From an uncultured archaeon (GTDB lineage: Archaea; Iainarchaeota; Iainarchaeia; Iainarchaeales; Iainarchaeaceae): a DNA stretch of 32,000 bases. The position numbers and the translations under genes were made by a program. A model generated the notes under the pieces. The model searched no databases. It was not told the DNA's origin and saw only the letters and a list, made by a program, of their open reading frames with translations. The DNA is taken from positions 13,773 to 45,772 of the forward strand of contig CAZNZM010000005.1 in assembly GCA_964577555.1 (NCBI GenBank), in the 5' to 3' direction. This document shows positions 15,450-23,144 of the stretch, piece after piece; the first letter of the stretch is position 1, and the number at the start of each line of letters is the position of its first letter.

Positions 15450-18400
15450 TTAGAATGCCTTTCTCGTGTTCGGCGAAGCTATGCATTGGTTGATCGCTTC
15501 TTCCTCTTTTGGCAGTATTGTGGAGTACAATTTTTTCGGGTTCCAGAAAAATTCAGATTTAATGTTGCTTCCAGTAATGCAAATGTATTCGTCTTTAACC
15601 AAATTGAATATGTCTTGCAGGCTGGTTATTCTCGGGGTTACTCCGTTTCCGTTGAGGGGAACTCTTTTACCTGTAGTGGTTCCGATAAGCCTTGCTTCAT
15701 CAGAAGCTATATCAACAATTTCAAGCCTGCTGTCGCTATCTTGCGGCGTGTAGAATATGGTTTCGTAAAATACTTTGCCGAAGTTTACTGGGTCTTGGCA
15801 GAATTCAAACGCGTATCTGCTTTCTTTTGGCAAGCCAACCAAAGCACATTTGGTGCTTATGCCGTGGGTATCAGTAATATAATTTTGTTGTGACATTACC
15901 GAACCGTCAAATCCTCTGCAACTTGCTCCTACACCATTCCACTTTGTAAGGTATGGACCTACATTTACCGCGTCTCCATCAATTGCTGGCTGGTAAACAG
16001 CGTATGCTGATCCGCTTGTTTTCTTTTCAATTTCAAGCATGACTGGAGTAGCGTTGGATGGTTGGTATAACAATTCAAGTCCTCCGTCAACTCTTGAAAG
16101 CTTTGCTATTACGCCTCTTTCATCTATTTGCATTGCCTTGAAATTGTTTGACTTCACTACTTTCAATATTCCGTTTTCTATCGGCGCCGAACCGGCAATG
16201 TCAACGGTTCTTACTGCGTTGGAACCATTGTCTATTAATATGCTGTCTCCTTCAAAGTTGATGCCATATCCTGTTCTTCCGCCTCTTTTTACATCTTCGT
16301 CAAGCGGTGGAACCCCTACCAAACCATTGATAGGCAGGTAATAGAACGGGCTGTCGGGTTGTGCCCCTTTCACTTTTTCCATTCTCACAACTATTTTTGC
16401 CGTAGGCTTGCCAGTGTTGTCAAAGAGCTTCCAATCCTTGTCTTCGTAATTTATGTCAATCGTGATATTGTATGTTCCTGGCCCCGGCAAAGTAAAGTCA
16501 GGTTGGCTGTAAGCGTCAAAAGTAAAAAGCTTTTGATCTCTAAAATAAGTTCCCAAGCCGCTTTCCGGAATGCCTTGCATGGAGAAATACCATTCAGGAG
16601 CTTGGAAGAAAGTATTGTTTGAAGCCACGTCAAAGTCGTGCTGGAAGTCTTTGCTGTAACCATCAACCATGAGCAAAGCATTGAAATTCACCAATTGCAC
16701 TATTTCGTTGTTTCTTATTCCTGAAGCTTTTAGAAATTCTGCCAATCTTGTTGTAGAGTAAGGAGTGCATTGTCCCAACCCAGATTCGCCTATAAACAAG
16801 TTTTTGGAAGCCGAATTTGTTGCAGAAACATCTTCGCACTTTTCACAGGATATTTTTGGAGAAATTGTAGCATTTGCAGTATAATACCCTTGTGCAAGGT
16901 TGTTGAAAGTGCATTTAACTTCTTGAGTTGTTCCAGCGGCCAACAATATTTTTTGCGTTCCGCCAGAGCAAATTATTTCAGGAGCGTTTGAAATAGGTTT
17001 GATTTTTAACACTACATCTGTTTCTATTTGGCTCGGATTTGTGTTTTTAACTTCCGCAATGACTTCTATGCTGTTCCCTGTTTTGATAGTGTCAAGCGAT
17101 GCTATTCCGACATCATAACTGCCTATCTCGTTTTTTATTGAAGTATTTTCTCCAGGCGTTGGGCATTGGAATTGGGAAGCATTTTGTCTCAAGAAATCAT
17201 CCAATATTTTGATTTTTTTAAGTATGGCTATGCTGAATTGCGTTGCGTCGCAGTAAACCCCGTTTGGGTTGTTTTCGTTGCATTCGTTTTCCGCTATTGA
17301 ACTCCAATTCCAAGCCAATTTTATTTTCGGCAATGCGTCAGGCCCTGTTGCCCCGGTTTTTTCTCCGTCTTGGCAGTTCAATATTGAAGGTGCTTGGATT
17401 GTTTCGATTTCAGGCGGAACCGCGTTGAATTCCAATTTATATGTTTGTTCAAGCCTTTGGCTAGGCAAATCCTCTTCAAGCTTCTTCTTTTGCTTATTTA
17501 AAGTGCTTGTGTCAAAGAAGCCGAGGAAACCGCCTTCCTCGTCATAAAAGTCTTTTTTCTTGTATGTTTTATCCTTGTATTTATGCCTTATTCCATTAAT
17601 CAAAAGGTTTGAATAATAAGGAGCTTCTTCTGTTGTTATCAGCCTGCTGTCATTCACGAAAACAGCCTTGTATATTTGCGTGCCTTGTGAAAGCACATCG
17701 CTTGGAGTATTAGTCAAAGGCATTGGCACTATAGTGCTGCTTTCCTCTTTTTCCTTGCCAAGCCCTTCAACTTCAAGCCTTATTTTATCATCCTCAACAG
17801 CTTGTTGTCCTTCGCCTTGCACCAACTTTATTCTTTGAATTTCAACATCTGGTTGCAAAATAGTGAATGGTACTTCTTTTTCCTGTCCGGAATAAGAAAT
17901 CAAAGTTCCTACAAATCCGCCTAACAACCCCGCTGCTAAAGGACTTGTTCCAAAGACTCCTCTTACAAGCCCTGCTCCGCTTTTAAGCAAACCCTCAGCA
18001 AGACTGCCAGCAGCACCTTGTGCTGCAGAATTTCCTATTGACATTCTTCCAGTAATTGGTAAAATGTTGGCGAAAGCAATTGGCGGCAAATTTGTTACAT
18101 CCTGCTCTTGTTTTTCACTTTGAGCAGTGGTATTAGTTTTATTATTATCTGTTTTGGGTTTTCCTGTTAGAATTTCCCTGTCTCCGGCTCCCCAATTGGT
18201 GAGCATTACAAGCCCTGCAGAAATTGCTCCATAAGCCAAGCCGTCCTGCAGAGCGTCAAGGAAGTCCTTTGTATTAACTTTTACTTCAACAGGTCTCTCT
18301 ACACAATTATTAGCTATTTTTGCAGAGTCAAAGCCGTCAATATCAACTTTTGGATCGTCATAAACCTCAAATTCGTATTTGCTTAACTGCCAACAACCAG

Positions 18401-21400
18401 GAGCATTAATAATCACTCTTATATTTTTTGCGAGTTGGGTTTTTTTGTCCGAACCGAACTTTCCGCTAATAACCACAGGATATTGTCCAGGATTATTTTG
18501 CTCTGCAAACACTTCAATTGCCCTGCTTTGGCCAGGCGCAAGCGTGAATTTTCTTTCAGGATTGGTTTTAAGCGGGCTTTTTATTTCAAAGTCTATAGGC
18601 TCGCCGCATATTTCAGTGGCAGTAATAGTGAATATTCCTGTTTCTTTTTGGTTTATTGCAATTCTTTCTTTGTCATAAGCCAAACATTCAGTCAGATTGA
18701 CGGAAGTAATTTTTGTTTTTATTTTGTTGTTAAGTATTTGGGCTCCATTATCAACCGGGTTTGAAGCCTGTATTTCCACTTCCGCTTCAGCTGTTCCATT
18801 GACTCCGCCATAAGGAGTAAAAGTCAGTATTCCTGTCACGCTTTGCTGTGCTTCCAATTTTCCAAGCATGAGTTTAAAGTAGCCAGGCCTTAATATAGTG
18901 TCCCCAGCTCCTTCAATGCTTATCTTATATTCCCCAATTTGGTTTGTCTTCAAGTTTATTTTAGCTTCCAAGTCTTGCAATGCAACCGGCTTTTTTCCTA
19001 TGGTGCAATTGTTTTGTATTAAAAACTCCATTCTTTTTGGCGAACCCGAAGTGCTTGTAACCCACTCGTTTTTTGAAAGTACAAGACAAGTCGGGTCGTC
19101 AACTTCGTTTCCAAGTCCTATTGAAATTTTTACAGGCACTTTTATGTTCCATTCTTCGCCGAAAACCGATACTATTATTTCAAGTTCAGCGTCAATGTTT
19201 TGCCTTTGTTTTAAAAGCATCGCGTCCTGTGACAAAAAGGTTTTTACTACTATTTCCTGCCTCTCGCCTGTTTTAAGAGCCATACCCTTGTAGGAGCTTT
19301 CAAGCCAATTTCTTACTTTTTGAATATCAACAAGTTTTTTGAAATTTCCTTTCAAAGCTATTTGCTTTATGGTCAAATCATAAGGCGCCGCGTTTCTTAT
19401 TGAAATCTTGTCAGAGCTTTCAACCTTGTCTTTAGTATTAAGACTTACTCCCAATTGCGAAGGCGTTGCCTCAACAAGCTTGTCGCTTACCATTAATTCT
19501 ATTTCCTTGACATTAAAATTCGCTTTTTCAACTTGCAATTTGAGCTTTTCCCCTGGCTTCTGCCCCGGCAAAGTGATAGTGGCAGTGCCATCAGGCCTTG
19601 TAAAAGCATAATCAATCACATTGTCAAACTTGTCAAGTATTCTTACAACAGCCTTGTCAACTTCCTGCCCATTTGCCGAATCCCTTATAACAACTTTTAT
19701 ATCAGTGGGTATTCCTGAAGCGAAAAACGTTTTGTCAATTTCCACGCTTAACTCTTGCGGCGCTGAAACAATTATAGTCAAATTTTTTTCATAAACTATT
19801 TTTTGGTCAGACGCCAATTTGATATTCACTACTCCGTTTATCGATTTTTGAGGTATAAATTCGGCTTCAATTCTCACTGATTTGTCAGGCGAAAGCTCGC
19901 CAACATTAATCTTTGGAAACTCAAAGCCATTTACAACCCCTTTTCTTGAAACGGTTTCCGCATCAATGGCTTCGTAATTAAAAAACTTTATTGATTTGTC
20001 GGGATTGTTTACCCTCAAGTTAGCGTTGTTGTGTATTATGGTTTGGGAATTATTTTTTATTATGAATAACATCCTATATTTGTTGAATATTCTTGCATTG
20101 TATGTATCGGTTACCGATTCAAGCAAATCCTTTTCAATATCAAGTATTGTGGATGTAAAACAAAATTGTTCGTCACAAAGCGTTACTGCCCCCACTTCAA
20201 ATATTTCCTGTTTGGTGTTGCTGTACAATTCATTAGTAACCGTATTGTCAATTGGGTCCCTCTCAACACTACTGCCTATTTCTCCGCGGACTTTGTAATT
20301 AAGCACCAGCTTGTCTCCCAAAGATGCAGTGTTTTTTATATTCACTTCAGCATCCACTTCATAAATTCCCGGCAATGGATCAACCCATTCAACATTAACC
20401 CATTTTGCATCATCAATCGTAACATCATAATCCGAAGCATCCAGCCTTGTTGCTTCTTTTTCAAACTTTGTGGCTCTTATTTGCCTTGTCAAAGGAGCGC
20501 TTACTTCTCCCAAATAAATTTCGTCTTTTTCCATTATCGTATCTTCGCCAGCCCTTATATGCATTTCAATATTATCATAAGTTTCATCTTCCTCCTTTTC
20601 AGGAACCCTTACTTGGAATTTTGCAATATATTTTCCACCCGCCTTCACAATGTCAGCTTTTTTGTCTTTTTCATAAAGCCTTTTGAACAAAACCTGTATT
20701 TTTTTATCAAGTATGGGTTTCTCCATTACAACTTCAAAAGAAACAACGCCTTGAGGCACAAGAGATTTTTTTGTTGTGACATAAGGAGTATAAACTTCTT
20801 CGTCCTCCTTTTTGACAATCGCGTAAACTTTTGCATTAGCCCTTATTTCTCTTTCAAAAGTGCCGTTTGAATCAGTGAATTCAGGCCCTGCAATCGGAAA
20901 GTTTGTGCGCGAATCTAAAAGAGTCACATTTGCAAAAGGAATCGGATTGCCTTCCTTGTCAACCACATGAACCCTTACAATAGACTTTCCAACATCCATT
21001 TTTACTATAAGATTCGGCTCTCCTTCGTCTTTTTGCGCTCCATTGAAATAAGCTGCGTCGCTTCTTCCTGAAAATCCTTCCCTGAATGCGAAAGCCCAAT
21101 AGTTTCCAGCGCTTACACCGAAAAACCTTGCAATGCCATTAACATCGGTTTTTCTGGTGTCATAACCTGCAAGATTGTTTGTTGAAGCATTATAAATCGC
21201 AACAACCGCATTGTTAATTGCGTTGTTTTCTTGGTCCACTACTTTTACTCTAAGCACTCCGCAAGTGGTATTAGTGCATTTTTCAACCTCTATTTTTACT
21301 ACATCATTTGACATTCTCAAACCTGAAACACTCTTGAATTGGTAGCCTTCGGCAATTACGTTTGCAATATAATCAACTTCCCTGCTTAATGGGAATTCAG

Positions 21401-22556
21401 TTTCGCCATCATTATTTGTAGTATTTGTAGTCACTTCGTTGCCGTTTGATGCGAAAACCAATTTTACACGAGCATTTCTTATTGCCGAGCCGTTCCTCTT
21501 GTCAACAACTTTGACTTTTATTTTTCCTTTTATATCCTCAGCCAAAGAAATATTGACTGACGATGTTTCCCCAGCAGTTATTGTCGCTCTTCTTTCACCT
21601 TGCCCATATACTCCGGCGCTGTCAAAAGTCCTCAAAACATAAGTTCCCGGCAATTCATTGAAAGTAGCCTGTCCAGATTGGGTTATATCGCCATTAAGCG
21701 GCCCCACATTGGGATTTTCAAGCAATTCTTCATACTTGTATATTTCAACCCTTATTCCATCAAGCGGCTCGTTTTTTGAATCCGTTACCATTACATTAAG
21801 GGTTCCTTTTGGTTGGCTTACAGGTTGCAACCTGATTGTTTGCTCTTCAGAAGAAACAAGATAACCGCTTACTTCTCTGTATTTTGTTGAATCAGTAATA
21901 TCAACGGTCAACCTGCCGCAATTGTTTGGCACTCTTACCTTTGCCTGTCCGCGAGAACTTGCATCCAAATCAATAGGCTCCGGAGCTCTCACAGAAGTAT
22001 TTGAACACTTGAATCTCAAAGTCAAAGGCTCGGTTATTGTTTGTCCAAAAGAATCAACCAACTTTATTGTCCTTTCAGTTAAACTTGCCTCTGCTTCCTT
22101 TTCCAAAGTCACGACTTCAACTTGAGGAACAACATTAATAAGTACGGCCTTTTCAACCTGAACATAACCATCCTTGCTTACTTTTACATTAACCTTGTCA
22201 TTTTCTTTAACACCAAAATACTTTGCATTTCCTTCTGAATCGGTTTTCACCAACACAACATCCGCATCCTGCTTTGAAAAAGAAACCAAAGCACCCTCAA
22301 TCGCTTTTGCATCTTTATCAATTACATTTATTGTAAGAGTATCCTTTGGACCCTCAAAAAACCCAAGAAAAGCCAAGCCACCAAGAGCCAAAAAAACAAG
22401 CCCCAAAAAAATGAAAACAAGAAGACTTGGAGCAATCCTGTCAATAGGGTCAATTATTTCATAAACAGGAATTCTTTCATTTATCGAATCAAGAAAATCA
22501 TAATACTTTTCTTCAATTGAATAATAAAACTCCTTGATTCCGTCAAAAAAACCCAC
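15450..22556 (-). CDS. giant membrane-anchored surface protein, paralog g3 (2368 aa), GTG start
   Basis: This is a 7107-nt uninterrupted ORF with a TAA stop. The codon at 22556..22554 is GTG. Reading upstream in frame there is no ATG before a TGA stop at 22592..22590. GGTGA (22561..22565, minus strand) lies 4 nt upstream of the GTG. The N-terminus (FYYSIEEKYYDFLDSINERIPVY) aligns with g4. About six N-terminal beta-sandwich modules can be read, followed by the blocks DDAKWV, YCDATQFSI, SPFYYLPINGLVG and FFWNP. Confidence 0.95.
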   Translation of the reverse strand: MGFFDGIKEFYYSIEEKYYDFLDSINERIPVYEIIDPIDRIAPSLLVFIFLGLVFLALGGLAFLGFFEGPKDTLTINVIDKDAKAIEGALVSFSKQDADVVLVKTDSEGNAKYFGVKENDKVNVKVSKDGYVQVEKAVLINVVPQVEVVTLEKEAEASLTERTIKLVDSFGQTITEPLTLRFKCSNTSVRAPEPIDLDASSRGQAKVRVPNNCGRLTVDITDSTKYREVSGYLVSSEEQTIRLQPVSQPKGTLNVMVTDSKNEPLDGIRVEIYKYEELLENPNVGPLNGDITQSGQATFNELPGTYVLRTFDSAGVYGQGERRATITAGETSSVNISLAEDIKGKIKVKVVDKRNGSAIRNARVKLVFASNGNEVTTNTTNNDGETEFPLSREVDYIANVIAEGYQFKSVSGLRMSNDVVKIEVEKCTNTTCGVLRVKVVDQENNAINNAVVAIYNASTNNLAGYDTRKTDVNGIARFFGVSAGNYWAFAFREGFSGRSDAAYFNGAQKDEGEPNLIVKMDVGKSIVRVHVVDKEGNPIPFANVTLLDSRTNFPIAGPEFTDSNGTFEREIRANAKVYAIVKKEDEEVYTPYVTTKKSLVPQGVVSFEVVMEKPILDKKIQVLFKRLYEKDKKADIVKAGGKYIAKFQVRVPEKEEDETYDNIEMHIRAGEDTIMEKDEIYLGEVSAPLTRQIRATKFEKEATRLDASDYDVTIDDAKWVNVEWVDPLPGIYEVDAEVNIKNTASLGDKLVLNYKVRGEIGSSVERDPIDNTVTNELYSNTKQEIFEVGAVTLCDEQFCFTSTILDIEKDLLESVTDTYNARIFNKYRMLFIIKNNSQTIIHNNANLRVNNPDKSIKFFNYEAIDAETVSRKGVVNGFEFPKINVGELSPDKSVRIEAEFIPQKSINGVVNIKLASDQKIVYEKNLTIIVSAPQELSVEIDKTFFASGIPTDIKVVIRDSANGQEVDKAVVRILDKFDNVIDYAFTRPDGTATITLPGQKPGEKLKLQVEKANFNVKEIELMVSDKLVEATPSQLGVSLNTKDKVESSDKISIRNAAPYDLTIKQIALKGNFKKLVDIQKVRNWLESSYKGMALKTGERQEIVVKTFLSQDAMLLKQRQNIDAELEIIVSVFGEEWNIKVPVKISIGLGNEVDDPTCLVLSKNEWVTSTSGSPKRMEFLIQNNCTIGKKPVALQDLEAKINLKTNQIGEYKISIEGAGDTILRPGYFKLMLGKLEAQQSVTGILTFTPYGGVNGTAEAEVEIQASNPVDNGAQILNNKIKTKITSVNLTECLAYDKERIAINQKETGIFTITATEICGEPIDFEIKSPLKTNPERKFTLAPGQSRAIEVFAEQNNPGQYPVVISGKFGSDKKTQLAKNIRVIINAPGCWQLSKYEFEVYDDPKVDIDGFDSAKIANNCVERPVEVKVNTKDFLDALQDGLAYGAISAGLVMLTNWGAGDREILTGKPKTDNNKTNTTAQSEKQEQDVTNLPPIAFANILPITGRMSIGNSAAQGAAGSLAEGLLKSGAGLVRGVFGTSPLAAGLLGGFVGTLISYSGQEKEVPFTILQPDVEIQRIKLVQGEGQQAVEDDKIRLEVEGLGKEKEESSTIVPMPLTNTPSDVLSQGTQIYKAVFVNDSRLITTEEAPYYSNLLINGIRHKYKDKTYKKKDFYDEEGGFLGFFDTSTLNKQKKKLEEDLPSQRLEQTYKLEFNAVPPEIETIQAPSILNCQDGEKTGATGPDALPKIKLAWNWSSIAENECNENNPNGVYCDATQFSIAILKKIKILDDFLRQNASQFQCPTPGENTSIKNEIGSYDVGIASLDTIKTGNSIEVIAEVKNTNPSQIETDVVLKIKPISNAPEIICSGGTQKILLAAGTTQEVKCTFNNLAQGYYTANATISPKISCEKCEDVSATNSASKNLFIGESGLGQCTPYSTTRLAEFLKASGIRNNEIVQLVNFNALLMVDGYSKDFQHDFDVASNNTFFQAPEWYFSMQGIPESGLGTYFRDQKLFTFDAYSQPDFTLPGPGTYNITIDINYEDKDWKLFDNTGKPTAKIVVRMEKVKGAQPDSPFYYLPINGLVGVPPLDEDVKRGGRTGYGINFEGDSILIDNGSNAVRTVDIAGSAPIENGILKVVKSNNFKAMQIDERGVIAKLSRVDGGLELLYQPSNATPVMLEIEKKTSGSAYAVYQPAIDGDAVNVGPYLTKWNGVGASCRGFDGSVMSQQNYITDTHGISTKCALVGLPKESRYAFEFCQDPVNFGKVFYETIFYTPQDSDSRLEIVDIASDEARLIGTTTGKRVPLNGNGVTPRITSLQDIFNLVKDEYICITGSNIKSEFFWNPKKLYSTILPKEEEAINQCIASPNTRKAF

Positions 22557-22560
22557 AAAA

Positions 22561-22565
22561 TCACC
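22561..22565 (-). promoter_or_regulatory. Shine-Dalgarno-like GGTGA before the g3 GTG start
   Basis: The minus strand reads ttGGTGAttttGTG. GGTGA matches the canonical SD core complementary to the 16S rRNA 3' end (general knowledge; the 16S sequence of this organism was not seen). Confidence 0.45.
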
Positions 22566-22600
22566 AATTAACTGAAACTGATATAATAATCATTTAATCT

Positions 22601-22631
22601 AATTATAAAAGTTTCTTTCACCTTTATAAAC
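22601..22631 (-). promoter_or_regulatory. candidate promoter region upstream of g3 (two TATA-like boxes)
   Basis: The minus strand reads TTTATAAA at 22623..22630 and TTTTATAA at 22603..22610. Either would give a 5' UTR of about 25-45 nt that includes the GGTGA motif. Confidence 0.3.
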
Positions 22632-22656
22632 TTTAATTTTTTTTGAATTTCACCTT

Positions 22657-23142
22657 TTAAAACGGCAATTCAACAATATAAGTATTTGCAGGCATCTGAA
22701 TCTTTATTGTTTCAATGATATAACCTGTTGCTAGTGAAAGCACCAAAACTATCAACACCAAAAAAAATATTTTCCATTTTTCTTCCCAAAAATTTTTTCT
22801 TCCAGCCATATCATCTTTTATTGCCAAACCTATTTCTATTCCTGAAGAATGCGCCACACCCAAAGGAAATATTGCAAGCAATATTAGCAACGGATTTGTA
22901 AACAAATAACCGCCAAAAATCAAGCCGATTACAAACATTACAACAAACGAAAATTTGGCATAATACAATATTGAAAGAGCCATCAAACCCAAACAAATAA
23001 ATGCGAGTTCAATTTGAATCGGAAAAGAAAATTTCAACAAAGGCTCTCCGTCTAAAAAAAAATTGGAAACAATATTTGAAGCAATAACTCCAATAACATA
23101 CAAGGCAAACCCAATCAACAAATTAATTCTATTGCCCAACAT
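22657..23142 (-). CDS. polytopic membrane protein (161 aa, about 5 hydrophobic helices), tightly coupled to g4
   Basis: The ATG at 23142 lies 2 nt after the g4 TAA stop (23145..23147). The product is dominated by hydrophobic helices, with one short polar loop (KDDMAGRKNFWEEKWK). I cannot assign a family from the sequence alone. Confidence 0.75.
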   Translation of the reverse strand: MLGNRINLLIGFALYVIGVIASNIVSNFFLDGEPLLKFSFPIQIELAFICLGLMALSILYYAKFSFVVMFVIGLIFGGYLFTNPLLILLAIFPLGVAHSSGIEIGLAIKDDMAGRKNFWEEKWKIFFLVLIVLVLSLATGYIIETIKIQMPANTYIVELPF

Positions 23143-23144
23143 AC

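Noticed and set aside
22561-22593. A 10-codon upstream ORF (MIIISVSVNW, ATG at 22593, TGA at 22563..22561) ending 4 nt before the g3 GTG start.
   Set aside because: ORFs this short are expected by chance in AT-rich spacers. It has no SD of its own and I cannot assess its conservation. It is recorded only in case transcript data show a long g3 leader.
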